A stretch of DNA of 64,000 nt, taken from assembly GCF_963921235.1 (NCBI RefSeq), contig NC_086108.1, forward strand, positions 114,144,001-114,208,000, read 5' to 3'. The translations under genes and the position numbers were made by a program. The notes below the pieces were generated by a model that had not been told where the DNA came from, did no database searches, and saw nothing but the letters and a program-made list of their open reading frames with translations. Shown here in pieces: positions 1 to 12,713 of the stretch. The stretch comes from Mobula hypostoma (lineage: Eukaryota). Positions within the stretch are counted from its first letter, which is position 1. The number at the start of each line of letters is the position of its first letter.

Positions 1-209
1 AGTGGTGGGTATGTGGAATGCACTGCTGGTGGTGGTGGTGGAAGCGGATACAACAGAGCCTCTTAGATAGGTACATGGAGCTTAGAAAAATAGAGGGCTA
101 TGTGCTAGGGAAATTCTAGGCAGTTTCTAGAGTAGGTTACATGGTGGATACAACATTGTGGGCCAAGGGGCCTGTAATGTGCTGTAGATTTTTATGTTCT
201 ATGTTTGCT

Positions 210-1620
210 GTATGATTTTCATTTGTACTCAGTGTCGAAGCTTTTTGCATAAGTGTCCAACGATAATCAGTCAGCAATGATGGATTCTAGTTGCCCTGAT
301 AGCATTTCTCCACAACTACAAGGTCCTTGTGAAGCTTTTCGCCGTGCTTCTCACTGACAGTGCCAAGATTGTAGTCTAAATGGGAATGGAACAAAGGAAT
401 CTTCAGTGACATGTTGCACTTCATGGTTTTGTGCTGTTGAAGCACGTTGTCAACCAGTTTGGTGCTCTGCAGTCGCCCAGAAAATTTTCAACAACATCCT
501 CAAATGGCTTCAATGCAATCCCACTAGCCGATTAGGAAAAGGGGAGGTGCAACGAGACCTGGGTGTCATTATACACCAGTCATTGAAAGTGGGCATGCAG
601 GTACAGCAGGCGGTGAAAAAGGCGAACGGTATGCTGGCATTTATAGCGAGAGGATTCGAGTACAGGAGCAGGAAGGTACTACTGCAGTTGTACAAGGCCT
701 TGGTGAGACCACACCTGGAGTATTGTGTGCAGTTTTGGTCCCCTAATCTGAGGAAAGACATCTTTGCCATAGAGGGAGTACAAAGAAGGTTCACCAGATT
801 GATTCCTGGGATGGCAGGTCTTTCATATGAAGAAAGACTGGATGAACTGGGCTTGTACTCGTTGGAATTTAGAAGATTGAGGGGGGATCTGATTGAAACG
901 TATAAAATCCTAAAGGGATTGGACAGGCTGGATGCAGGAAGATTGTTCCCGATGTTGGGGAGGTCCAGAACGAGGGGTCACAGTTTGAGGATAGAGGGGA
1001 AGCCTTTTAGGACCGAGATTAGGAAAAACTTCTTCACACAGAGAGTGGTGAATCTGTGGAATTCTCTGCCACAGCAAACTGTTGAGGCCAGTTCATTGGC
1101 TATGTTTAAGAGGGAGTTAGATATGGCCCTTGTGGCTACGGGGGTCAGGGGGTATGGAGGGAAGGCTGGGTTCTGAGTTGGATGATCAGCCATGATCATA
1201 ATAAATGGCGGTGCAGGCTCGAAGGGCCGAATGGCCTACTCCTGCACCTATTTTCTATGTTTCTATGCTTAAATTGCCTGTCATTAATGGCCTGTTTGAC
1301 TTGTGGACCAACAAAAATGCCTTCCTTAATCTTGGCATCAGTTATTCTGGGAAACATCAATCTCAGATATTGATATCTTTCACGGAGGTTTATAGCCTTT
1401 CTAAAACATCCTGCCATGCAGCATCTGCCATGCCAAAGCACACCCAGGCATGCCTGGACAAGGTAAAGATCTTTTCAGCATACATTGTCGGCAGCATTTT
1501 AATTGACTTGAGAGAACAAATATAGGCATTTGTTTTTAAATGGTGCGTGATAGGGAAATTTCATGGTGATTTTCATGATCAGAAACCCAAAATCCATGAG
1601 ATACACCCAAAAGCAAAAAC
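210..1620 (-). mobile_element. Decayed DNA transposon, probably CMC/Chapaev3-like transposase C-terminal half, split by a CR1 insertion (pieces ~210-525 and ~1268-1620)
   Basis: Minus strand reads YLRLMFPRITDAKIKEGIFVGPQVKQAINDRQF, then after the CR1 ...VENFLG...MKCNMSLKI..HSHLD..NLGTVSEKHGEKLHKD....YQG..DYRWTL. Resembles the (A)KIKEGIFVGPQ / SDEHGERFHQD family I recall as Chapaev3-type; contains stops and frameshifts. Confidence 0.65.
528..1267 (+). mobile_element. CR1 LINE 3' fragment (ORF2 C-terminus, 3'UTR, (TTCTATG)n tail)
   Basis: ORF 406-1176 contains [19 protein letters not shown]...[13 protein letters not shown]...RKNFFTQRVVNLWNSLP; tail ttctatgtttctatg. Confidence 0.95.
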
Positions 1621-2035
1621 TTTGTTGTCACAAAGTTATTATATTTTTTCTCTTTCTTTTCGTATTTGCACAGTTTGATGTCTTTTGCACAATGGTCATT
1701 CAGCCCAGTTGGTGTGGTCTTTCATTGATTCTTTTATGGTTATTGGATTTACTGAATATGCCTGCAAGAAAATGAATCTCAGGATTGTATATAGTGTCAT
1801 AGATGTACCAAGATAATAAATTTTATTCTATTTTATGTATTTATATTGTAATTTTTATTATTGTGTTCTTTATCTTTTCTGTGTTTTTTTTTGTGCTGCA
1901 TTAGATCTGCAGTGACAATTATTTTGTTCTGATTTACACTTGTGTACAGCAAATGACTGTGAACTTAGACAATGGAGCAGAACGGTAGCATCATAATTAG
2001 AGTAGCGTTATTACAGCACCAGTGATCATGGTTCC

Positions 2036-2592
2036 GGTTTGGTCCATGGTTTTCGGTCGGGCACCGGACGCTCAGAGAAATTTGGTGGGAGGCGGGCGCC
2101 CGGCGCTTGGCCGGGGGCCGTGGTCGAGTGGTCGGCGACTTGGGCCGGCTCCCCCACCGGACTTAATCTGGTGAGGAGGGTGTGAGGACACCCAGCAGGA
2201 CTGGAAAAAACAAGATCTGACAAGGGGCGGATGAGCTCCTTGTGAGCCAACAGCCATCTTCCGTGGAAGAGATTAAAGCCTCACCACGTATCTACGAATC
2301 GTATGCTATGCACCTAGTTAGAAGAGACATGATGAACTTGGGCGCTGCACCGTGTGCCTGGACCTGCCCAAGGCCTCTGCCTAAGGAAGGGCTGAGCTCG
2401 ATGAAGTGGCTGTGGCTAGAGGCTGATATGGCCTTGGGCTCGAGTTAGGCGGGACAGCGGTGGGCGGTGCCAAGGCGGCCAGTGAGAACAAACTGGAGGA
2501 GAGGCTGCACTCGGTGCTGTCGCAAGAGCGAAGAAGATGGAGGTGCATAGCCACCAACCCTGGATTCAGGACGGCACCCACTGACTGACTGA
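2036..2592 (+). mobile_element. GC-rich non-autonomous retroelement with RTE-like 3' end and (CTGA)n tail, inserted into a V-SINE
   Basis: Ends gccaccaaccctggattcaggacggcacccactgactgactga; imperfect flanking duplication tgatcatggttc / tgatcgcggtcc; SINE head at ~1984-2030 continues at ~2595-2780. Confidence 0.55.
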
Positions 2593-3076
2593 TTGATCGC
2601 GGTCCATTTCCGGCCGTTATGTGTAAGGAGTTTGTACGTTCACCCTGTGACCACATGGTTTTCCTCTGGGTGCTCTGGTTTCCTCACACATTACAAAGAC
2701 ATAGGGGTTAGTAGGTTCATTGGTCACATGGTGTAATTGGGCGGTATGAGCTCGTTGGCCTGTTACTGTGTTGTATCTCTAAATAAACTCTGAGCCTGTA
2801 GATTCTGGAAGAATTCAGCAGGTCAGGCGGCACCTGTGGAGACAAAGAGCCAGTCAACCTTTTGGGCCAAGAAAGTTCAGTTTGTTGGGAAGTTCTGCAA
2901 ATACAGTACCACCACCCTTCAGAAAATCTAATGGGTTGTATAATCAATAGCCAGAATTAGAATGATACAGCCAAGAAACAGGCCCATCGAGTCTGTGCTG
3001 ACCATTAACCACCCATCGATGCCAATCCTACACTGATCCTATTTCATTCCCATGAACTCCCCCCAGGTTCCACCCC

Positions 3077-3285
3077 TCACCCACACACTGGGGACAATTT
3101 ACAGCAGCCAATTAACCTATATGCCTCTGGGATGTGGGAGAGAATTGGAGCACCCGGTGGGGGGAAACTTACACCGATCCAGGGAGAACGTGTAAACTCC
3201 ACGCAGACAGTGCTGGAGGTTGGCATTGTACCCGGCTCTCTGGGGCTGTGAGGCAGCAGCTCTACCAGCTGTGCCACTGTGGCAC
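3077..3285 (-). mobile_element. tRNA-derived V-SINE/HE1-type SINE (other copies at ~9230-9400, 27520-27680, 41640-41780, 42200-42340, 47465-47750, 49270-49455, 55760-55920, 58165-58440)
   Basis: Minus strand gtggcacagctggtagagctgctgcctcacagc...ctgtctgcgtggagttt...: tRNA-like head followed by the V-domain-type core. Confidence 0.75.
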
Positions 3286-3857
3286 CATTCTCTCTGAAGG
3301 GGCAATATCTCCAAAATGTAAGGCTTGCTTTGTAAAACAACCTATCTCCAGACAGAATCTTGAACACTTAGCTGCGGCCCAGCATAAACTGCCTGCCTGG
3401 TAATCCCCACAGACAGTTCATTTCCACTGCATCTCTTTCTGGGCAAACTTGGCAAGGGTGGAGGATGAGGTGCAATAACAGGTCTCACCCTTGTAGCCTG
3501 AAACTCTGACAAACTTGTGTCGATGCGCAGTGGAGAGTATCCTGATGGCTGGCGTTTCTCCTCCTCCAGATGGATGGTCTACGTTTCATTTCAGGGGATT
3601 GAAGATAAGTCTGACAGTCCATGGTCGTGCTCAGGGCAGTCTGTGAGCGACACCATGTTTCTGGTGCCAACCTAGCGTGTCCACCGCTCACCGAACCTAA
3701 CTTCTGCGACTTTGGAATCTCATCTTTCTAAGGAGATTGAGGTGAGTGAGGCTCCCCTACCCATTCTGACCAATTTTTACAGGCGCACCTCTGAGAGTGC
3801 CCTCACCAGCTACATCACTGTCTGATACGGGAATTGCAAGACGTCTGACAGCACGTC

Positions 3858-4820
3858 CATAAGACCAGAAGATACAGGAGCAGAATTAGGCCATTTGGCC
3901 CATTGAGTCTGCTCTGCCATTTCATCATGGCTGATCCAATTTCCCTCTCAGCCCCAATCTCCTGCCTTCTCCCTTCATGCCCTGACCAATCAAGAATCTA
4001 TCAATCTCTGACTTGAAGATACATAAAGACTTGACCTCCACGGCTGCCTGTGGCAAAGAATTCAACAGATTCACCACTCTCTGGCTAAAGAAATGCCCCG
4101 TCATCTTCATTCTAAAAGGACGTCCCTCTATTCTGAAATTGTGTCCTCTGGTCTTAGACTCTCCCACCAAAGGAGAGTCCTCTCCGGAAGATCATAAGAC
4201 CATAAGACAAAGGAGCAGAAGTCGGCCATTTGGCCAATCGAGTCTGCTCCACCATTTTATCATGAGCTGATCCATTCTCCTATTTAGTCCCACTCCCCCG
4301 CCTTCTCACCATAACCTTTGATGCCCTGGCTACTCAGTTACCTATCAACCTCTGTCTTAAATACACCCAATGACTTGGCCTTCACTGCTGCCCGTGGCAA
4401 CAAATTCCATAGATTCACCACCCTCTGACTAAAAAAATTTCTTCGCATTTCTGTTCTGAATGGGCGCCCTTCAATCCTTAAGTCATGCCCTCTCGTACTA
4501 GACTCCCCCATCATGGGAAGCAACTTTGCCACATCCACTCTGTCCATGCCTTTCTCCACAGTCACCCTATCTAGGCCTTTCACCCATGCAATAGGTTTCA
4601 GTGAGATCACCCCTCATTCTTCTGAATTTGAGTGAATACCGGCCCAGAGTCATCAAATGCTCTTCATATGACAAGCCATTCAATCCTGGAGTTATTTTTG
4701 TGAACCTCCTTTGAACCCTCTCCAGTTTCAGCTCATCCTTTCTAAGATAAGGGTCCCAAATCTGCTCACAATACTCCAAGTGAGGCCTCACCAGTGCTTT
4801 ACAAAGTCTCAACATGACAT
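3858..4820 (-). mobile_element. Cluster of CR1 3' fragments
   Basis: ORFs 3925-4170, 4338-4610 and 4567-4815 carry CR1 C-terminal motifs ([22 protein letters not shown]). Confidence 0.9.
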
Positions 4821-5169
4821 CTTTTCAAAGGATTGTGAAGACTGCTAAGAGGATCATTGGGGTCTCTCTTTTACTTGTGTATTACTTTGTGCCATGTGTG
4901 AGTTATATGTACTGTGTTGTGCACAGAATGTTGCTTTGTTTGGCGGTATACATGTGAGTGGTTGGAATATAGGGATGAATGACGATAAACTGAATGAGAA
5001 ATCGGGAAGTTGTACGATTGTACAGTTGGTTGGTGAGGTTGCATCCGGAACACCGTACACAGTTTTGGTGCCTTTATTTAAGGACGGATATTCTGGTGTT
5101 GGAGAGACTGCTGGGGGGTGGGGACGAGGGAGAGTCAAGTAGGCTGAAGGGACCCCCCCATAAAGCAAT

Positions 5170-5770
5170 GAGTATTCCCCCAGCTGGTGGACAGTGGTCC
5201 ATTGCTGGATCTGCACTAAACTTCTGGAGATGAACGGTATCCTGACTGGTTTCACGACAACCTGGTACAGAAACACCAATGCCCAAAAACGAAGAAACGT
5301 ACAAAAAGAAGTGGGTACAACCCCGTCCATCGTAGGCAAAAGCCTCCCCACCAGTGAGTACATTTACACAGAGCACTGCCACAATAAAACAGCATCCATT
5401 CAGGACTCTCATCACCCAAGCCATGCTCTCTTCTCACTGCTGCTATCAGGAGGAAGGTACAGGAGCCTCAGGACCCACACCACCAGGTTCAGGAACAGTT
5501 ATTACCCCTCAGCCATCAGGCTCCGGAACTGACATGGATAACTTCACTCACCTCAACGCATTCAACGACTGTACAACTCATGTTCTCAGAATTGTTTTTT
5601 AGTTGCGCAGTTTGTCGTCTTTTGTTCATTATTTGTTTGTCAGTCTTAGTTTATATATAGCTTTTATAGCTTCTATTGTATTTCTTTATTTTCCTCTAAA
5701 TGCCTGCAAGAAAATTAACTCAGAGTTGTCTATGGTGACATGTAGATACTTTGGTAACAAATTTACTTTG
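5170..5770 (+). mobile_element. Rex1/Babar LINE 3' fragment (similar pieces at ~18680-19170 +, ~20800-21560 -, ~53190-53540 +, ~57680-58120 +)
   Basis: DSHHPSHALFSLLLSGGRYRSLRTHTTRFRNSYYPSAIR, the typical Rex1 C-terminus; WCHCNNLTLNVSKTEELIVDFRK at 21269-21490. Confidence 0.85.
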
Positions 5771-6102
5771 ACAGGAGAACGGGCAGACCCTTAGAAACAG
5801 TGTCAGAATCTGAATGAGGTTTAATAGCACTGTATATGTTGTGAATCTCGGGGGTTGAACAGGATGACAAATATATACGTAGGTAATAAATTTACTTTAA
5901 ACTTTGACTTTGTAGATGTTGCCCATTCATTTGTGGAAGTCCTTAATTTAATGTCTGCAGTGTTTTGCTGGTGAGGTCCATGATTAGACCATAAGACACA
6001 ACAGCAGAATTAGGCCATTCAGCCCACTCCATCATGGCTGATCCATTACCCCTGTCACCCCAGTCTCCTGCCTTCTTCCTGTAACCTTTGACCACCTGAC
6101 TG

Positions 6103-6688
6103 AAGGCTGATTTATACTTGTGCGTCAAATGTACACCATAGGTATGGCGTAGTGGTGTACCCTACGCTGTACTGTACGCCAAACCCTACGCCGTAGCCTA
6201 ATGCGCACCTCTCCCAAAATGTAACTACACATCGCGGCAACGGAGACCTCAACAACTGCGATTGGTCCGCTTGGTAGCTTCGCATCTCCTCCTACGCTGC
6301 GATAGCTTCCCATTGGGCGACTGAAGGGCAGGAAAGGATCTCTGGCTGCACTGCTTTCCATAAAGCTTTACAGACCTCCGAAATTATGGAGGACCCTGTG
6401 CTTGACGCCAGTTTGTAGCTAGCTGCTACAGCCTGTTGACTTCCACCTGAAGCTAAAACTCGAATGGTGATTGGCAGTCTCTGAGTATACTGTGTGTACA
6501 CTGATGTGAAATAAATGGTTGGAGACGATGAACCAAATCGTCAAATCTACCTGCCGACATCCGAAAATATTTGAAATTCATTTCCTCGTCCATGTCTCTC
6601 ATGGCCAGACAAGCACGGAAAATTCACCCTCCTTCAGTTCCAGTCACCATTGTTTGAAGTTTGAGTATCTTCGTGTTGAGTTTCAATT
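6103..6688 (-). mobile_element. PIF/Harbinger transposon remnant with transposase fragments
   Basis: Terminus aggctgatttatacttgtgcgt; minus-strand peptide [44 protein letters not shown] is HARBI1-like. Confidence 0.8.
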
Positions 6689-8456
6689 GACAATAGACAA
6701 TAGGTGCAGGAGTAGGCCATTCGGCCCTTCGAGCCAGCACCGCCATTCACTGTGATTGTGGCTGATCATCCACAATCAGTACCCCATTCCTGCCTTCTCC
6801 CCATATCCCTTGACTCTGCTATCATTAAGAGCTCTATCTAACTCTTTCTTGAAAGAATCCAGAGAATTGGCCTCCACTGCCTTCTGAGGCAGAGCATTCC
6901 ACAGATCCACAACTCTCTAGGTGAAAAAGTTTTTCCTCAACTCCGTTCTAAATGGCCTACCCCTTATTTTCAAATTGTGGCCTCTGGTTCTGGACTCCCC
7001 CAACATCAGAAACATGTTTCCTTCCTCTAGCGTGTTCAACGAAGCTGGGCGGCAGTGTTAGCCGTGAGGAGGATGCTAAGAGGATGCAGGGTGACTTGGA
7101 TAGGTTAGATGAGTGGGCAAATTCATGGCAGATGCAATTTAATGTGGATAAATGTGAGGTTATCCACTTTGGTGGCAAGAACAGGAAAACAGATTATTAT
7201 CTGAATGGTGGCTGATTAGGAAAAGGGGAGGTGCAACGAGACCTGGGTGTCATTGTACACCAGTCATTGAAAGTGGGCATGCAGGTACAGCAGGCGGTGA
7301 AAAAGGCGAATGGTATGCTGGCATTCATAGCAAGAGGATTCGAGTACAGGAGCAGGGAGGTACTACTGCAGTTGTAGAAGGCCTTGGTGAGACCACACCT
7401 GGAGTATTGTGTGCAGTTTTGGTCCCCTAATCTGAGGAAAGACATCCTTGCCATAGAGGGAGTACAAAGAAGGTTCACCAGATTGATTCCTGGGATGGCA
7501 GGACTTTCATATGATGAAAGACTGGATCGACTAGGCTTATACTCTCTGGAATTTAGAAGATTGAGGGGGGATCTGATTGAAACGTATAAAATTCTAAAGG
7601 GATTGGACAGGCTAGATGCAGGAAGATTGTTCCCGATGTTGGGGTAGTCCAGAACGAGGGGTCACAGTTTAAAGATAAAGGGGAAGCCCTTTAGGACTGA
7701 GATAAGGAAAAACTTCTTCACACAGAGAGTGGTGAATCTGTGAAATTCTCTGCCACAGGAAACAGTTGAGGCCAGTTCATTGTCTATTCTTAAGAGGGAG
7801 TTAGATATGGCCCTTGTGGCTAAAGGGATCAGGGGGTATGGAGGGAAGGCTGGTGCAGGGTTCTGAGTTGGATGATCAGCCATGATCATACTGAATGGCG
7901 GTGCAGACTTGAAGGGCTGAATAGCCTACTCCTGCACCTATTTTCTATGTTTCTATGTTTAATCCCTTAATAATCTTATGTTTCAATCAGATCCCCTCTC
8001 ATCCTTCTTAAATTCCAGTGTATACAAGCCCAGTCGCTCCAATCTTTCAACATATGACAGTCCCAGGAATTAACCGCGTGAACCTCCGCTGCACTCCCTC
8101 GATAGCAAGAATGTCCTCACCCAACCTGCCCAAGTCATCCTGCATTATCTCAACATCCTCCGCACATTTCACATGCCACCCATTTTTGTGTCATCTGCAA
8201 ATTTGCTAATGTTACTTTTAATCCCTTCATCTAAATCATTAATGTATATTGTAAATAGCCACGGTCACCCCTTACTCCCCTTAGAATCTTTCTTCCTCTT
8301 TGGAGTGAACTGATCCTGCACTTTCTGTATTATTCCCAGAAATACCTGCCATTGCTGTTCCATTGTCATCCCTGCTTGGGTGTTGTCCCATTGAATTTTG
8401 GCCAGCTCCTCCCTTGTGGCTCCATTGTCCCCTTTGTTTAACTGCAATATTGACAC
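6689..8456. mobile_element. Nested CR1s: a + strand CR1 3' fragment (~7036-7960) inserted in a minus-strand CR1 (~6689-7035 and ~7961-8456)
   Basis: The minus-strand sequence gcgtgt|aatcccttaataatc is interrupted by a copy nearly identical to 528-1267 that carries in-frame stops. Confidence 0.9.
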
Positions 8457-8772
8457 ATGTCTACACCCTGCTCAGGTAGTGTAGGCTGGGCCACGTCTGC
8501 CGTATGTCTACACCCTGCTCAGGTAGTGTAGGCTGGGCCACGTCTGCCGTATGTCTACACCCTGCTCAGGTAGTGTAGGCTGGGCCATGTCTGCCGTATG
8601 TCTACACCCTGCTCAGGTAGTGTAGGCTGGGCCACGTCTGCCGTATGTGAACACCCTGCTCAGGTAGTGTAGGCTGGGCCACGTCTGCCGTATGTCTACA
8701 CCCTGCTCAGATAGTGTAGGCTGGGCCACGTCTGCCGTATGTCTACACCCTGCTCAGGTAGTGTAGGCTGGG
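8457..8772. repeat. 47-bp minisatellite, ~6.7 near-identical copies
   Basis: Unit atgtctacaccctgctcaggtagtgtaggctgggccacgtctgccgt starts at 8457, 8504, 8551, 8598, 8645, 8692 and 8739. Confidence 0.97.
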
Positions 8773-9659
8773 TGTGTGGTTTTTCTGTGCTGCTTCAGAT
8801 CCGGAGTGACAAATATTTTGTTCTCACTTGTATTCTGGACATGACATTAAACAATCTGGAATCCTGCATGTTAATATGGTCAGAGAGCAAACAGAAGAGA
8901 AGTAACAGTTGGGTTTCGCCAGGCCCCAAGTCCCTTTGCATATCGTTGCTGTATTGAATTGGAGGGAATATCTGATGAAGATAGGGTGAGCCAGCTAAAG
9001 CTTTTCTCTTTGAAGTGAGGGAGGACGAGAGGAGATTTGATCCAGTGTGCAAGGTTATAAGAGCCACAGATAGAGAGAACAGCAGAGACTTTTTCCCAGG
9101 GTGAAAGTGGCTAATACGAGGCGGGTATAATTTTAAGGTGATTTATTTATTGATGTTATTTGGAGATGCAGTGTGGAGTTGGCCCTTCGAACCGAACAGC
9201 AGAACCCAGTAATCCCGACAATCCTGATTTACAATGACCAGTTAACCTACCCGGAACATCTTTGGACTATGGGAGGAAGCAGGAGGGCAGGAAGAAAGCC
9301 CCCGCACTTCACAGGGAGGCTGGGCAGACTCCTTACAATTGAACTCCGAACTCCAACTCCAACGCCCAGAGTTGGAATAGTTCAAACTGCTACTCTTCCT
9401 TGGATTGGGGGCAGAGATAGTTTCTTTGCACAGAGAGTTGTAGGTGTGTGGAATGCCCTGCCAGGTGTGGTGGTAAAGGCTGAGGAAACTGAAGCGTACA
9501 AGGTTTCCCTACTCTTGTTCCAACAGCTTTCTACAGGAGCAGTGTCCTGCTCGGCTGCATCAGTGTATGGTATGGATCCTGCAAGGCATTGGACTGCAAG
9601 ACTCTACAGAAGATGGTAAAAATCACCAAGGAGATCACTGGGGTCTCCCTGACCCCAGT

Positions 9660-10332
9660 TTGTCAAGGCCATGGACTGACATGTTGGAATGGAAAATGGA
9701 AATAAAATGGGTGGCCACTGGGAGATCCTACTTTTTCTGCTGGACGGAGCATAGGTGCTTAGCAAAGCTGTCTCCCAATCTCCCATGTCCATGGCTTCCT
9801 CTAATGCCACGATGAGGCCACACTCAGGCTGGAGGAGCAACACCTTATAGTCCTTCTGAGTAGCCTCCAACCTGATGGCATGAACATGGATTTCTCAAAC
9901 TTCTGGTTATGGACTCTCCCCCCCCCCCCGCCCCTTCACCATTCCCTATTCCCATTTCCCTTCTCACCTTTTCTCCTTACCTGCCTATCACCTCTCTGTG
10001 GTGTTCCTCCCCTTTTCTCACATGGCCTTATCGGATTCCCCCTTCTCTAGCCCTTTACGTCTTTCATCAAATTGACTCCCCAGCTCTTTACTTCACCCCT
10101 CCCCTCTCCTGCTTTCACCTATCACCTATTACCTTGTATTTCTTCCTCCCCTCCCCCACATCTTCTTACTCTTGACTTTTCATGTTTTTTCTCCAGTCCT
10201 GATGAAGGGTCTTGGCCCAAAATGTTGATTATTTCCTCTTTTCCACAGATGCTGCCTGGCCTGCTGAGTTCCTCCAGTATTTTGTGTGCGTTGCTTGGAT
10301 TTCCAGCATCTGCAGATTTTTCTTCTTTGTGA
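9660..10332 (+). mobile_element. Old Penelope-like element 3' fragment with short inverted 5' piece and degenerate hammerhead motif
   Basis: GIY-YIG C-terminal remnant (acactcaggctggaggagcaacacctt...); AGTC-CTGATGA-agggtcttggccc-AAAA-TGTT-GATT at 10195-10230. Confidence 0.8.
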
Positions 10333-11347
10333 CTGAAGTATCAGGGTCCTTTTCTCCTGACAGAGGACTGAGAAGTAACACAAGGATCTGATTTCTGATA
10401 AGCAGAGGGGGCTCAGAGAGTTGGAGACTTTCAATGGAGGTTGTGCCAAAACATCTTTCAGAGTCCACTGAATCCTGAATCTACTGAAAGAGCGGGGAAG
10501 CTGGGATGGGTCCATAATTTATTTCTCATTGATATTATTGATACTTGTGGGCTGCATAGTAGTGAATCAGAATGAGAATAATCTTTATTATCACCAGAAT
10601 ATGTTGTGAATTCTGTAGTTTTGAGGCAGCACTACATTGCAATACAAAATAATAAACTAGAAATTAAATAAAAAATATATACAGTATATAAAAATAAATA
10701 AGTAGTGCGAAGAGTGAGCAGAAAGAGAAAAAAATTTATTTGACATTGGCTTTGAGGGAAAAGCCAGAGAGTGGCAGTAGAGGGTTGCCTCTCTGACTGG
10801 AGCCTGTGACTAGTGGTGTGCCACAGGGATCAGTGTTGGGTCCTTCCTTGTTTGTCATCTGTATCAATGATCTGGATGATAATGTGGTTAACTGGATCAG
10901 CAGATTTGCAGATGGCACCAAGATTGGGGGTGTAGTGGACAGTGAGGAAGACTATCATGGCTTGCAGAGGGATCTGCATTAGCTGGAAAAATGTGCTGAG
11001 AAGTGGCAGGTGGAATTCAATGCAGGCAAGTGCGAGGTAGGAACAACCAGGGTAGGTCTTACACAGTGAACGGTAGGGCACTGAGGTGTGTGGTACAACA
11101 AAGGGATCTGGGAATACAGGACCATAATTTGTTGAAAGTAACGTCACAGGTAAATAGGGTCATAAAGAAAGCGTTGGCACATTGGCTTTCAGACTCTACA
11201 GATGCTCACTGTAATTCAGTTTTTTCTCTATTATTATGTACTGCTGCTGCAAAGTTAACAAATTTCACAACATTTGCAGGTGATATTAAACCTGATTCTG
11301 ATCTGATTCCCTGTCTCAGGAATAGATGGAAAATATCATATGACCAC

Positions 11348-11366
11348 TGGACAGCAGGGGGCGCTG
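11348..11366 (+). promoter_or_regulatory. Candidate CTCF binding site
   Basis: tggACAGCAGGGGGCGCtg matches the CCASYAGRKGGCRS core with one mismatch; lies in non-repetitive sequence. Confidence 0.55.
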
Positions 11367-12713
11367 CAGTTTAACGTAAATCCCAGAAGACGGCAGCTTT
11401 CTCGTGGTGGGACACAGGAAGAGTTGAGGTCGCTCTGAATTGTCCGCTGTGGGGGGGGGGGGGGTTAGAATCTAGGGGCAGTTAATGGGAATTGGGAGAG
11501 TGAAATGGAATTGGTGTAGGATGGTGTCAATGGGTGGTTGATGGTTGACACTAACTCAGGAATTGTTTTAATATTGTCAAATGTGGTGGAACTTTCTTCA
11601 AAGGATGGTGGAAGTCAAACCTCTAAATACTGTAATATTATAAATGGGGGATGAGAGGTTACTGTGAGCAGTGGGAGGAGCAGAGCTGAGACCAACAACT
11701 TCAGATCAGCCATGATCTCAATCATCTCAACTGGTCACCTTATCTGAAAGGTTTAGAGAGGGCGCAGGGAAGATTTGCCAGGATGCTGACTGTATGATGA
11801 GGAAAGGCTGAGTCAGCTGGGGCCTTTCTCTTTGAGGCAAAGGAGGATGAGATGTGTACAAGATGAAAACGTGGGCAGTCAGATACTCCTTCCCAGACAG
11901 CAATGGCCTGTAACTGAGGAATAATTGTAAGGTGTTTGGAGGAAAGTTTGGGGGGGCAGTAGTTTGTTTCTTTTTTACACAGAGTGGTGGGTGCATGGAA
12001 GCCCTGCCAGGGGTGGAGGAAGAGGCAGATACCTTAGGGGCATTTAGGAGACTCTTAGATAGGGACACAGGTGGTAGGACAATGGAGGAGTGGGTGGGAA
12101 GGAAGGGTTAGATTGATCTTGACGTAGGTTCAAAGGTCAGCACAAATTGTGGGCCGAAGTTCTGCTCTCCTAAGTTCTATGAATGGGTGGGAAGGCGCCA
12201 GCATTTTGTGTCTCACTTTGGATTTCCAGCATTTGCAGAATCTCTTGTGTTTATTGTCTGATGTTCTGTTTCTGTGATGCTGCTTAAAGTTTCATGGCAC
12301 CTGTGCAGACACCCGCGTGTACGTACCTGTGCAGATGACAATGAACTCAGTTTTGATTTTGACGTCCTTTGTTCAATGCATCAATGCTACTCAAGCGTCC
12401 TCTCTGGACAATACGTCTATGAAGCATTACAGAGGACCCAGTTCCCAAAGTCTGGTGTGTGGACCCAGGTCTGTGCTCCTTCCTATAGAGGCTTTGTGGT
12501 GGTTTCAGTGCACCCCTCATTCCAGACCCCTGCTGCCTGCCTACGACAAACCTCCAAAACAGGGAATCAGACCCAACATGAGATCCTAGGGGCTCAGGTC
12601 AGGTGTCAGAAAGCATCTCCCTCACCTCCCACAGCTTCTCACCCTTCTGCAGACAGCGGAGGGAATCTTGAGCTCCGTCCCCAACACCAGGCTCAAAAGG
12701 TGAGAGTGCTGGG

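Noticed and set aside
406..1176. 256-aa ORF as a host gene
   Set aside because: Chance fusion of antisense transposase sequence to a CR1 ORF2 C-terminus.
8457..8772. CRISPR-like array (regular palindromic repeats)
   Set aside because: Units are contiguous with no unique spacers, there are no cas genes, and the context is vertebrate; it is a minisatellite.
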